Of a stretch of 64,000 nucleotides of DNA, positions 8,899 to 18,155 are shown in pieces. Positions within the stretch are counted from its first letter, which is position 1; each line of letters opens with the position of its first letter. Made by a program: the position numbers and the translations under genes. This DNA comes from Chthoniobacteraceae bacterium (GTDB lineage: Bacteria; Verrucomicrobiota; Verrucomicrobiia; Chthoniobacterales; Chthoniobacteraceae): assembly GCA_031409655.1 (NCBI GenBank), contig JANNXQ010000105.1, positions 10,387 through 74,386 of the forward strand. Reading direction: 5' to 3'. The notes under the pieces are model-generated. The model was not told the origin of the DNA. It saw nothing but the letters and a program-made list of their open reading frames with translations, and did not search any database.

Positions 8899-10382
8899 TC
8901 GCCGGCGTTCCCTCTTTCGCGGTCGTCGGCGCGGTCAATCACGGCAAGTCGTCCGTAGTCTCGACGCTCGCGGAAGATGACCGGGTGCGGATCAGCGCGA
9001 TGCCAGGCGAGACCGTCCAGTGCGCGCGTTACTCGCTGCGCGACCTGTTCGTTTTCTTCGACACGCCGGGATTTCAAAACGCCTTCGAGGCGCTCGAGGA
9101 ATTGCGGCCCGCCGCCCAGGATCGCGAACCCCTCTCGGTCTTCCGCGCCTTTGTGGAGAAGCATCGCGGAGAGCCGGACTTCGACGCCGAGAGCCGGCTC
9201 TTTGCGCCCCTGATCGAAGGTGCGGGTGTGGTCTATGTCGTCGATGGCTCGCGGCCGTGGTCGGAGTTACACGGAGCGGAGATGGAGATCCTGCGCCTCA
9301 CGGGTCAGCCGCGGCTGGCGATCATCAATCGCACGAACGCCACGGATCACGTGGCGGATTGGAAACGCCGACTTGGCCTGCACTTCAATGCGGTGCGCGA
9401 ATTCAATGCGCACGCGGCCTCGTTCGCCGATCGCATCGAGCTGCTCGAGACGCTCGCGGGCATTGAGCAGACTTGGAAACCGAAACTCGCGTCGGCGGTG
9501 AAGCTCTTGCGCGAGGAGTGGGAGGCGCGCCTCGATGAATGCGCGGAGATCCTCGTCGCGCTCCTGAGCGATTGCCTCCGGCACCGCGAATCGGAGCCGC
9601 CGAAATCCGAACTTCCCGAGGCCCGCAAGCAACAGGCCGAAGCGCTGCGGGCGCGTTTCCTCACAGAACTCGGACGTCGGGAGGCGCGCGCACACGCGGA
9701 GATCATCCGCATCTTCTGCCACCATCTCGTGAAGGCGGGCGTGCCCGAGGTCAGCGCGGTGACGGCGGATCTTTTCGGCGACGAGACGTGGCGCCTGGCC
9801 GGGCTCAACGAAAAGCAACTCGTTGCCGCGGGTGCCATTATCGGCGGCGCCACGGGTGCCGGGATCGATGTTCTCACGGTGGGCCACACGCTCCTCGCCG
9901 GGACCATCGTTGGAAGCGCGGTGGGGGCGGGCGTCGCCTGGTTCACCGGGAAAAAAAGGCCCGAAATAAAGGTCCGAGTGCCGGGACTCGGCGCACGGCT
10001 GCGGGTTGGCGGCGTTGAGATGACCGTTGGGCCGCTCACGGCGGTCAATTTTCCCTGGATCCTCGTCGATCGGGCGCTCGGCGCGCTCGCTTACTCCGCG
10101 AATCGCGCCCATGCCCGGCGGGACGAGGTCGCCCTCGATGCCCGGCGACTGCAAGCGGTGCTCGAGGAACAGCGGATCGCGGCGAAAGACTGGCCGGAGG
10201 ACGTCCGCCGCGCGTGCGAAAAGCTCTTCGTGGAAATCCGTCGTGGCCGTCTCAAGCCAGAGCAGCGTGCGGAACTCAAGCGACTCCTCCGCGCCCGCCT
10301 CGCGCAGCTCTGCGAACAGCGGATCGAATTCGAGAGGTCCACTGCGGAAATGCCTCCTTGCCCGGGTCGCAAATCCCACTAA
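8895..10382 (+). CDS. P-loop GTPase with DUF3482 domain
   Basis: G1 GAVNHGKS, G3 DTPG, atypical G4 NRTN; Gly-rich hydrophobic hairpin; HARR motif. Confidence 0.85.
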   Translation: MIAGVPSFAVVGAVNHGKSSVVSTLAEDDRVRISAMPGETVQCARYSLRDLFVFFDTPGFQNAFEALEELRPAAQDREPLSVFRAFVEKHRGEPDFDAESRLFAPLIEGAGVVYVVDGSRPWSELHGAEMEILRLTGQPRLAIINRTNATDHVADWKRRLGLHFNAVREFNAHAASFADRIELLETLAGIEQTWKPKLASAVKLLREEWEARLDECAEILVALLSDCLRHRESEPPKSELPEARKQQAEALRARFLTELGRREARAHAEIIRIFCHHLVKAGVPEVSAVTADLFGDETWRLAGLNEKQLVAAGAIIGGATGAGIDVLTVGHTLLAGTIVGSAVGAGVAWFTGKKRPEIKVRVPGLGARLRVGGVEMTVGPLTAVNFPWILVDRALGALAYSANRAHARRDEVALDARRLQAVLEEQRIAAKDWPEDVRRACEKLFVEIRRGRLKPEQRAELKRLLRARLAQLCEQRIEFERSTAEMPPCPGRKSH

Positions 10383-10396
10383 ACCCGCACCCTGTC

Positions 10397-11398
10397 ATGT
10401 CTCCTTTCGGCGTCTATATCCTCTGCCATAAAGCAGATTTTCGGCTGACCCGAGGTTGTTGTGAGAGCATCCGTCGATTCGCCGGCGAAGTGCCGATCTG
10501 TTTGATTGTTGAGGGCAGCTTTTCCACGGAGGCCCTGGAGCGGCAGTACGGCTGTCAGACCCTGCGGCGCGAAGACATCAAAGACGAGAGCCTGCGCACG
10601 AAGAGCTTCGGCGGTTGGGGTTACTCAAAAATGGTCGCTTTCTGGGAGGGGCCGTTCGAGCGGTTTCTTTATCTCGACTCAGATACCATCATGCTCGGCA
10701 ACGTCTGCGCGATGGCCGACGAAATGCCCGTGGATATGATCATCCCGGAAGTCCCGGCGACGCTTTATCAGCCGGAGGCGATGAATGTGCATTGGCTGAA
10801 TCCGGAGTTTGTGGCGAGAAACTTCCCCAGTTATCGGATCTACGATCACCCTTACTTTACCACCGGAGTCTTCTTCGGTCGGAAGGGTCTGTTTGAGCTT
10901 GGCGAGTACCTCCGTCTTCTGGACCTTCAACGGGCCTATCCGAAGGATAGTTTCCGCCCAGTCTCGGGCGAACAGGGACTGCTTAATTTCCTCGTGTTCT
11001 CTGCTGCCGCTGCGGGCCGGCTGACTTATGCCGTGAAACCACTCCAGATTTGCCCGCTCTATATGGAGAAAGGCGAGGTCTCGGAGATCAATGAGGCGCT
11101 GCGCTCCGCGGATGGTGAATGGAAGGGGCCGCGGGCGGTGATTCACTATGTGGATGTCAAGCCGAGCTTGCTGCACGAGGGGTGGGCTCGGCGGAGCACT
11201 GCGGAAGTGAATGATGCCTGGACGCCTCCGCCAGGGTGGCCCTCGGCGATGAACAAGATGAGGCTGCAAAGTTATGCCGCGTGCGGCTACCCATATTTCG
11301 CCGCCATCGCCCGCGTTCTGGCTCAGGATCTCCGTTACCATGGTGAAGCTATGGGGAAACGCCTGCGTTCCCGCCTTAAGACAAATCATCTATGTTGA
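10397..11398 (+). CDS. GT-A fold glycosyltransferase (GT8-like)
   Basis: LYLDSD (DxD), FTTGVF, GEQGLLNF and VIHY motifs. Confidence 0.75.
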   Translation: MSPFGVYILCHKADFRLTRGCCESIRRFAGEVPICLIVEGSFSTEALERQYGCQTLRREDIKDESLRTKSFGGWGYSKMVAFWEGPFERFLYLDSDTIMLGNVCAMADEMPVDMIIPEVPATLYQPEAMNVHWLNPEFVARNFPSYRIYDHPYFTTGVFFGRKGLFELGEYLRLLDLQRAYPKDSFRPVSGEQGLLNFLVFSAAAAGRLTYAVKPLQICPLYMEKGEVSEINEALRSADGEWKGPRAVIHYVDVKPSLLHEGWARRSTAEVNDAWTPPPGWPSAMNKMRLQSYAACGYPYFAAIARVLAQDLRYHGEAMGKRLRSRLKTNHLC

Positions 11399-12114
11399 GA
11401 AGAATCAAACATTTGATCCGTGCTTACATTGAGGATAAATATCTGTTTCACGGGGGGCAAAGAGGTCTGGCCGGTCGGCAGAGCTTCTTATGCGATGCCT
11501 GGCAGGCACTGACGTTCAATGGGATCGCGGGCGACTACGCCGAGTTTGGGTGCCACGGGGGTAATACTTTTGGGTTTTCGTGGCGGGAATCGAGGCGGAT
11601 GAACGCCCGTCCGCATCTTTGGGCCTTCGATTCCTTTGCCGGTCTTCCGGCGCAGCGTGGAGGGAGGGATTTTCACCCGGCGTGGGTCCCGGGCACGATG
11701 GCAACGTCGCTCCCTGACTTCCACGCACAATGCCAGGCCGCCGGGATTCCGCGGAGCGAATACACGGCCGTGCCGGGATTTTATGATGTTACTTTGCCGG
11801 CGCTCGGAGAGTCCGGCGAACCGAAAGCCATCGCGCTGGCCTACGTTGACTGCGACCTCTACTCGAGCACGCAGTCGGTGTTGCAATTTCTCAAACATCG
11901 ATTGCAGCACGGCATGATCATCGGCTTCGACGACTATTACTGCTGGTCGGCGACGCAAATCTCCGGCAATCGGCTCGCGATGCTCGAAGCATTCACCGGA
12001 GACATGCCCTGGCGACTGATCCCCTATCTCCCGATCGGGTGGCACGGTCAGTCTTTCTATGTGGAAGATCAGCGGCTCCGAATCGGGGGTAGCGGCGCGG
12101 AGGCCCGCAAATAG
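11392..12114 (+). CDS. TylF/MycF/NovP-family O-methyltransferase
   Basis: GDYAEFGCHGG, FDSFAGLP, VDCDLYSS and FDDY motifs. Confidence 0.9.
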   Translation: MLRRIKHLIRAYIEDKYLFHGGQRGLAGRQSFLCDAWQALTFNGIAGDYAEFGCHGGNTFGFSWRESRRMNARPHLWAFDSFAGLPAQRGGRDFHPAWVPGTMATSLPDFHAQCQAAGIPRSEYTAVPGFYDVTLPALGESGEPKAIALAYVDCDLYSSTQSVLQFLKHRLQHGMIIGFDDYYCWSATQISGNRLAMLEAFTGDMPWRLIPYLPIGWHGQSFYVEDQRLRIGGSGAEARK

Positions 12115-12156
12115 CGGTTGCCATCGCGGGGAGGGCTCGCCAAGACTTACGAAACT

Positions 12157-12654
12157 ATGAAAGACATCCGCATCATCATGAAAACCAGCCGGGGCGACAT
12201 TGAGGCGACCTTCTTTGCGTCGAAAGTCCCGGTGACTTGCGCCAATTTTCTCAACCTCGCCAAGCGGGGCTATTACGACGGCTTGAAGTTTCACCGCGTG
12301 ATCAAGGATTTTATGATCCAGGGCGGCGATCCCACGGGCACCGGGATGGGCGGGCCCGGATACAAGTTTGCCGATGAGATCGACAAGTCGCTGAAGCACA
12401 CCAAACCCGGGATTTTCTCGATGGCGAATGCGGGGCCGAACTCGAATGGCAGCCAGTTTTTCGTCACGCATGTCCCCTGCGCCTGGCTCGATGGGAAACA
12501 TGCGGTCTTTGCGGAGGTGACGAAGGGTCAGGACGTCGTGAATGCGGTGCAGCAGGGTGACAAGATCACGACGATCGACATCCTCGATCCTACAGACGAC
12601 CTCTTCGCCGCGCAGAAGGCGAATCTCGATAAGTGGAACTCGACCCTCGGGTAA
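12157..12654 (+). CDS. Cyclophilin-type peptidyl-prolyl cis-trans isomerase
   Basis: [39 protein letters not shown]. Confidence 0.96.
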   Translation: MKDIRIIMKTSRGDIEATFFASKVPVTCANFLNLAKRGYYDGLKFHRVIKDFMIQGGDPTGTGMGGPGYKFADEIDKSLKHTKPGIFSMANAGPNSNGSQFFVTHVPCAWLDGKHAVFAEVTKGQDVVNAVQQGDKITTIDILDPTDDLFAAQKANLDKWNSTLG

Positions 12655-12787
12655 GTGCCGCTGGGAGCGCTGCCGTCCCGTGCGGCCTCGGGGTGCTCGC
12701 GGGGCGCTCGCTTTGGGCGTCGGTGAAGAGAGAGTTTGCGCTTTGCGTTTTGGGAGGGTGCCGTGCAGGGGCGGCAGCACTCCCGGG

Positions 12788-13651
12788 CTAGCCGCTGGCC
12801 CGCTTGCGGCTCGTCGCCGCTTTCAAAGCTGGAACTGGCGGTGGCACGTCCAGCGCGGACTCGACGTAGAGCCCCACCTGATCCTTGACGTCGCCGACGA
12901 GGAGGTCGGCTTGCTCCAGTTCCTTTTCGCCGATGTGCAGCGCGCCCATGAAAAAGCCGCCTTTTTCGAAGTTCACGGAGCGCGCATAAATCGTTCCGGC
13001 GAAGACGCCACCCTTATTGATCGTGACGCAACCGTCGCAATGGATGATGGCGGCCACGGTGCCATCGATCTCCACCGCTTTCGCCCGCACTGGACGCGCA
13101 AATTCCAACTCGGATTTCTTGTCGATGATCAACTTCGCCGTCTCGATGGTACCGAGGAAGGTGCCCTTCATTTTTACATGCACATCACCGGAGCAGATCA
13201 GCCGGCCGCGCACCTTGCCTTCGATGTAGGCCGCCGCGCAGGCGACCCGCACGCTGGCGAGGTCGCCTTTGGAGGTGACCGTGACGGTGCCCTGCGTCTG
13301 GATGGTGCGCGCGTACGGCCCGGCCACCTTGAGGTCGCGCAGATCCAGGTAGCTCGCGCAGGACGGGCAAAGGCTCGACTGCGCGGAGCTACTGACGACC
13401 TGCCGATGGCCGCAGGAGTGGCAGCAGATGGTGCGCTCTTTCTCGCCGGAGACCGCCTTGGTCAGCCGCGCGAAAAAGCCCGGCTCCTTGAGGCTCGTGG
13501 CCTCCTTGGAGAGCACGCGCTCGATCGAGTAATGCTGGCCGCATTTGCGGCAGAATGTCGTCTTGGCGTGCGAAGACTCGAGCTGGCTGTAGCCGCAATG
13601 CGGACAGTCAGCGCTGATCTTGTCGAGCTGCGCTGGGACTTCGTTGGCCAC
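12788..13651 (-). CDS. Bactofilin (polymer-forming cytoskeletal protein) with two N-terminal zinc ribbons
   Basis: CPHC/CRKC and CHSC/CPSC pairs followed by beta-helix repeats (IEGKVRGRL, IDGTVAAII, FEKGGFFMG). Confidence 0.82.
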   Translation of the reverse strand: MANEVPAQLDKISADCPHCGYSQLESSHAKTTFCRKCGQHYSIERVLSKEATSLKEPGFFARLTKAVSGEKERTICCHSCGHRQVVSSSAQSSLCPSCASYLDLRDLKVAGPYARTIQTQGTVTVTSKGDLASVRVACAAAYIEGKVRGRLICSGDVHVKMKGTFLGTIETAKLIIDKKSELEFARPVRAKAVEIDGTVAAIIHCDGCVTINKGGVFAGTIYARSVNFEKGGFFMGALHIGEKELEQADLLVGDVKDQVGLYVESALDVPPPVPALKAATSRKRASG

Positions 13652-13664
13652 TGTGGGCCTTTGG

Positions 13665-14159
13665 TTACGGGCGTCCGCCGCCGCTGGCCGCCTTCGGATC
13701 GGCGCTCCGGACCACTTCCGGCTGCTTCATCGCGATCTTGTTCGGCGTGACTTCGGATTTTCCGACGAAGGTGGCGCCGTCTTCGATGACGAGGCGCGCG
13801 GCCTTGAGGTCGCCATGGAGTACGGCGCGGCTCTTCAGTTCGCACTTCTCTTCGACGGTGATATTGCCGGTCACTTTGCCGAGCACGCTCACGGAACGGG
13901 TCTTGATCTCGCCGCGGATCTCGGCGTTTTCGCCGATCGTCAGAGTGCCTGCGGAGTTGATCTCGCCTTCGACCTTGCCGTCGATGGTGAGGTCGTTGGT
14001 GAATTTGATGGATCCTTTGATCTCGACGTCAGCCGAGAGAAGATTTTTTTGGGCGGTTGGGTCAGCCATAGGAGTGCGGGTGGTAGTTTTTGTTTCGTTG
14101 CGGGTGAGTGGAAGCTGCCCCGTTTCGGGCTCTGCATTGGTGGAATCGAAGAGGCCCAT
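13665..14159 (-). CDS. Bactofilin (CcmA/BacA-like)
   Basis: IKGSIKF..LTIDGKVEGEI..IGENAEIRGEI..LVIEDGATFVG. Confidence 0.93.
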   Translation of the reverse strand: MGLFDSTNAEPETGQLPLTRNETKTTTRTPMADPTAQKNLLSADVEIKGSIKFTNDLTIDGKVEGEINSAGTLTIGENAEIRGEIKTRSVSVLGKVTGNITVEEKCELKSRAVLHGDLKAARLVIEDGATFVGKSEVTPNKIAMKQPEVVRSADPKAASGGGRP

Positions 14160-14176
14160 AGCGGTGCGGGGACGCG

Positions 14177-14205
14177 ATCATGCGGCCCTCCAAAATCGCT
14201 GTCAA
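14177..14205 (-). promoter_or_regulatory. Putative sigma70 promoter of the bactofilin operon
   Basis: TTGACA-17 nt-CATGAT on the minus strand, 18 nt upstream of the ATG. Confidence 0.65.
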
Positions 14206-14310
14206 CGACGAGCACGGTGTCGCGCTAAAAAAGCGCGAAATGACACACCTCGGCGGCGAAAATTCCTGGTTCGTGAAGCCGGACCGATACCGCGAAAGAC
14301 CACCGTGGGG

Positions 14311-14440
14311 ATTTTGAAAACGCAGAGACGCGGAGGCGCAGAGGACGCGGAGGGAAAAGCGGGCGTTATTCCTGAGGCACTGGTGGGTGAAAAGCGGGTG
14401 GATTCATCGCTGCGTCCTCTGATCTCTGCGTTTTCAAAAT
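14311..14440. repeat. Intergenic element with 18-bp terminal inverted repeats and internal CGCAGAG/CGCGGAG units
   Basis: attttgaaaacgcagaga (14311-14328) and tctctgcgttttcaaaat (14423-14440). Confidence 0.8.
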
Positions 14441-14478
14441 GCCCTCCGCCTGCCTCGTTCCGACGCAGGCACTCGTGC

Positions 14479-15180
14479 CTACTCCGATTTCTCCAGCGCG
14501 GGCGCGGGCTTGCCGGTCACCGCGGTGAAGACGGCCTGCGCGATGCGGCCGCTGCCCTCGGCATTGGGATGCACCCGGTCGGGGAAAAGGTCGAGGTTCT
14601 GCTCGAGCGCGGCGTGCAGGTCGATGAGGGGGATTTTTTCCTCCTCCGCCACCTGCCGCAGCGGAGGGCGCACGACCCTCGCGAGGACTTCCTCGGTGAT
14701 CCCGAATTTTCCTGGAACCGCCGGCGTCGGGAGGCAGAGGAAAAACTTCACCTTGGGATTCGCCTCGCGAAAGGCGGCGAGCAGGGTGCGACAATCGGTG
14801 GCGAGATGTTCCGGGTGCGCGGCGTTTTGCGGTTTGCTGTCGTTGGTTCCGAGCTTGATGACGACGACATCGGGCTGGAAGGCGAGCGCGTCGGTGAAGG
14901 CTTTCTGCATCCGGTAAGGCTTGTCAGCGCTCTCGAGCATGGTCGCGCCGCTCACCCCGAAGTTCTGCACCTTCCAGCCGTCGCCGAGCATCCGCTGGAG
15001 CTGCAGCGGATAGGTGAAGGCCTTGTTTTTCAGCACGGTTCCTGCCGTGATGCTGTCGCCCACACACGCGAGCTTCGTGGCATCTGGGCGCGGCGTGATC
15101 ACGGGCGGCACGATCGGCTCGGTGCCGAACGCGAGACGGGCAAAGGTGACGACCGCGGCGAAGAGGGGCTTGGGACTCAT
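14479..15180 (-). CDS. Secreted SGNH/GDSL esterase
   Basis: GDSIT, GVSG, GTND and DRVHP blocks; signal peptide. Confidence 0.92.
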   Translation of the reverse strand: MSPKPLFAAVVTFARLAFGTEPIVPPVITPRPDATKLACVGDSITAGTVLKNKAFTYPLQLQRMLGDGWKVQNFGVSGATMLESADKPYRMQKAFTDALAFQPDVVVIKLGTNDSKPQNAAHPEHLATDCRTLLAAFREANPKVKFFLCLPTPAVPGKFGITEEVLARVVRPPLRQVAEEEKIPLIDLHAALEQNLDLFPDRVHPNAEGSGRIAQAVFTAVTGKPAPALEKSE

Positions 15181-15265
15181 GGGTGCGCCGGAGGATCCAC
15201 GTTCACTCTGCCGGCGTCGAATCTTCTGCAGCCACGGAACGGGCTGCCCAGCGCTCCGGGGCGCG

Positions 15266-15967
15266 CTACTTCGCGGCGGGCTTGGCCGCCACCTTCGGCA
15301 CGGGAGCCGGCTTGATGGTCAGCTTCGTCTTCTCCCAATCCTGCTTCGGCACCGCGTCCCAGACTCGGAGATTGCGGAAGGAGGTGGACTGGCCCGCGAC
15401 GGTGAAGCCGAGGTTCGCCTTCTTCGTGGCGAGCAATGGATCCGAACCAAACGTCGCGTGGGCGCCGTCCACGGTGGCGAGCATGGTGTCTCCGACAATC
15501 TCGAGGACCACGGTGTGCCATTCGCCGGTCTTGAGCGGAATGTTTTGGCGACCGAAGATCACGGCCTTGTCCGGACCGTCATGATCATGATCGTCCTTTT
15601 GCACGGTGAAGCCGGTTGGGTTGAGCAAGACGCGGCAAACGTGCTCCTTCGCGTCGCTGATGCTCAGCGTGGTCATCTTCGCGCCGTCGAGTTTCACTTC
15701 GTATTGGATGACGGCATTTTCAAAAGCGAGCGCGTGGCGCATGACCGCGCCGTGCTTGTCTTCGGGCTTCTCCGCGCCGGAGAGGATGCCGTCCATCACT
15801 TCCCATTTTCCCTTCGCGGCTTTCCATTCCTTGCCGTCGGGAGCGGTCTTGAGGTCGTCGCTCAGGAGTTGCTTGCCGGGTTCGGCGAGGAGCGTCTTCG
15901 GCGCGTCGGCAGCGAAGCTGGCGCAAAGTGGGAGGCTGAGCAGGGTGAGGGCGGACTGGAGTTTCAT
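15266..15967 (-). CDS. Secreted ConA-like (DUF1080-like) domain protein
   Basis: Signal peptide; GKWEVMDG, GEWHTV and FRNLRVW beta-sandwich motifs. Confidence 0.75.
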   Translation of the reverse strand: MKLQSALTLLSLPLCASFAADAPKTLLAEPGKQLLSDDLKTAPDGKEWKAAKGKWEVMDGILSGAEKPEDKHGAVMRHALAFENAVIQYEVKLDGAKMTTLSISDAKEHVCRVLLNPTGFTVQKDDHDHDGPDKAVIFGRQNIPLKTGEWHTVVLEIVGDTMLATVDGAHATFGSDPLLATKKANLGFTVAGQSTSFRNLRVWDAVPKQDWEKTKLTIKPAPVPKVAAKPAAK

Positions 15968-16032
15968 GGTGAGGATGTGGGAGAGCGATTGCGTGGGGCT
16001 CGCGGTGGATAATGAATCCGCGAGACGCCGTT

Positions 16033-16803
16033 TTATTTGGGAGGAGCGGAGAGCAATGCCGCCAGCTCGGGTGCGGATTTCCGAAGTTCGGCGACGACCA
16101 GTGGCGCGACCATTTCGCCGCCGCGCTGTGTGAGATGGGTGTGATCCATGGTCCCGGGCGTCTTGCCTTCGGGCTCCAACGCGGAGAGGTCGGCGGGGCT
16201 GAGCTTTTCCACCAGTTCGATGCTGCGCGCATTCAAATCCACGAGCGGGACACTCTTTTCCACCGCCACACGTTTCGCTGCGGCGACATAGCCGACGAGG
16301 AGGTCAGGCACGAGTTTGCCCTCGCGAAAGGTGCGGCGGGTGAGCGAGGTCACGAGCACCGGCTTGGCGCCGAGGGCGCGGGCTTCGTCCACGTAGCGGG
16401 CGAGATTTTCGGGAAAGGTCGTGGCAGGATCGGTCTCGCGCGCCGGACCTTTGCCGGGTTGATCGTTGTGTCCGAATTGAATGAGCAGCCAGTCCGGTTT
16501 GTGGCTGAGCGCGGTCTTCCAGTAGCCGCCGTCGCGGAAGCTCTTCGTGCTGGCCCCACCCTTCGCGTCATTGAAGCACTCCGCGCTGTCTCCGAGCAGT
16601 TTTCCAAAGGCATCGCCCCACCCGCTCTTGCTCGCCACGGTCGAGTCGCCGATCAGCACGACGCGGATCTTTGCCGGCTCCGCACCGTGAAGGAAAGAGG
16701 CGCACGCCAGCATCGCGAGCAACGCCAAGGAGCTGGGGCGCCTTCGCCCCGTTTTTGAGACTCGGGGCGAGGGCGCCCCTGCTCCTTGAGCCATCGCGCT
16801 CAT
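16033..16803 (-). CDS. Rhamnogalacturonan acetylesterase-like SGNH hydrolase (CE12-like)
   Basis: IGDSTV, GWG, GGASTKSF, QFGHND and DHTH motifs; ATGA overlap with the ferredoxin gene; start uncertain. Confidence 0.88.
   Translation of the reverse strand: MSAMAQGAGAPSPRVSKTGRRRPSSLALLAMLACASFLHGAEPAKIRVVLIGDSTVASKSGWGDAFGKLLGDSAECFNDAKGGASTKSFRDGGYWKTALSHKPDWLLIQFGHNDQPGKGPARETDPATTFPENLARYVDEARALGAKPVLVTSLTRRTFREGKLVPDLLVGYVAAAKRVAVEKSVPLVDLNARSIELVEKLSPADLSALEPEGKTPGTMDHTHLTQRGGEMVAPLVVAELRKSAPELAALLSAPPK
16726..16788. repeat. REP-like palindrome, copy 1, inside the 5' end of the esterase ORF
   Basis: caaggagctggggcgccttcgcccc-13 nt-ggggcgagggcgcccctgctccttg; related copy at 53726-53787. 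Confidence 0.85.
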
Positions 16804-17639
16804 GCCTGCGCGGCGAGCGCGGCCTTGGCCTTCGCGGCGGCTTCCTCCGCACGCCGCGTGATCTCTTCCGGCGACGGCAGCGACATCAGCACTTCCGGCG
16901 GGATGTCGCCCATCTGCGCGAGTTTCACGAGACACTTCTGCCGCTCCGCGAGCGCCTTGTCCGAGTCGCGCTCCTTGCTGAAGCGGCTCTTTGCCTTCTC
17001 GCTCCGCAGCCGCAGCATCTCGTACACATCGCCGCCGAGCAGCGCGCTGATATCGACCTTCATCTTCTCCTTCTGCAAATCGGACTCGCTCACGATGTCG
17101 CCATTGATCGGACCCGCTTTGTATTTCGGAAACATGATCGCGGCTTCCGGACAGACGCGCGAGCAGGCGGGGCAGTTCGTTTTGCAGTTGTCGTTGTTCT
17201 GCACCTGGATGCGCTTCTCGGTGTCCACGCCATAGACGCCGAAGAGGCAGAAGCTCAGGCACTGCATGCAATTCGTGCAGCGGTCGTAATCGATCACCGG
17301 GAACCACGGCTTCCACTCGCCATGCTTCGCCGCGCCGGTCTCGCTGCGCGTCGTCTCGACCACATCGCCGAGCTGCGCGGGAGCGAGTCCGGTGATGTCG
17401 TGAAAGCGCAGCGGAACATCACTCTCTGCGACCTCGGGCGGCTGTCCACCGAACCGCCCGAGCACCAGCAGCGGCGAGCGATCCGCCGGCGACACCGGAC
17501 GATCCGTGGCGCCGCGGGTGACGGCGTAGCCTTTCTCCAAGAGCGCAGACATCGCCGAGTAACGATCGGCAGATTCCAGCGGCTGAGCGCCCGAACCTTC
17601 ATAAAGGACAACGCGGAGAGAGGGAGTGGAGAGACTCAT
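16800..17639 (-). CDS. 2x[4Fe-4S] ferredoxin-domain protein
   Basis: WFPVIDYDRCTNCMQCLSFC and CKTNCPACSRVCPEAAI. Confidence 0.88.
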   Translation of the reverse strand: MSLSTPSLRVVLYEGSGAQPLESADRYSAMSALLEKGYAVTRGATDRPVSPADRSPLLVLGRFGGQPPEVAESDVPLRFHDITGLAPAQLGDVVETTRSETGAAKHGEWKPWFPVIDYDRCTNCMQCLSFCLFGVYGVDTEKRIQVQNNDNCKTNCPACSRVCPEAAIMFPKYKAGPINGDIVSESDLQKEKMKVDISALLGGDVYEMLRLRSEKAKSRFSKERDSDKALAERQKCLVKLAQMGDIPPEVLMSLPSPEEITRRAEEAAAKAKAALAAQA

Positions 17640-18034
17640 ACGGCGGCAGGTTGAGGTTTGTCGGCAGTGGTTACTTTACCGGCGGGGAGATTCGGATTCA
17701 GCTCGGAGGAAAAGAGCGCAGTGGCGACTTCGTCCGCGGATTGCACGCGCATGTTCAGCACTTCGGCCGCGGTGATCTGGAGCGGCGCGCCTGCTTGATG
17801 AAAAAGCCACTTCACCGCACGGGGAAAACACGCCGCGATCTTTACCGTCCCCTCCGCCGCGAGCCGCTGCAACGCGGGATCACGCCGGGCGGACATCTCG
17901 CAAAGATCCGCCACGGCCTCGAACGCCACCCCGGAGTCGCACAGCTTGCGCAGTACCGCGTCCTTCACTTCTTTGGGCACCACCTGCGCGTATTGGCAAT
18001 GGCAGTACAGGATGCGGGGCTGCGGGTCAGTCAT
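17636..18034 (-). CDS. Small Cys-motif protein resembling the HdrA N-terminal Fe-S domain
   Basis: RILYCHC...DLC...IAACFPR...VLNMR; coupled to the ferredoxin gene. Confidence 0.72.
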   Translation of the reverse strand: MTDPQPRILYCHCQYAQVVPKEVKDAVLRKLCDSGVAFEAVADLCEMSARRDPALQRLAAEGTVKIAACFPRAVKWLFHQAGAPLQITAAEVLNMRVQSADEVATALFSSELNPNLPAGKVTTADKPQPAAV

Positions 18035-18155
18035 GGGAGGCGGCACGGTATCCACAACCGGACGGAGCGGAAATCCTTTGTCGGCCTGCGCGAGCAGCCC
18101 ATTTTTGGAAACCAACACTTGCTCCACGCCAGGCCCTCCGATAGCCCAATGAGAG

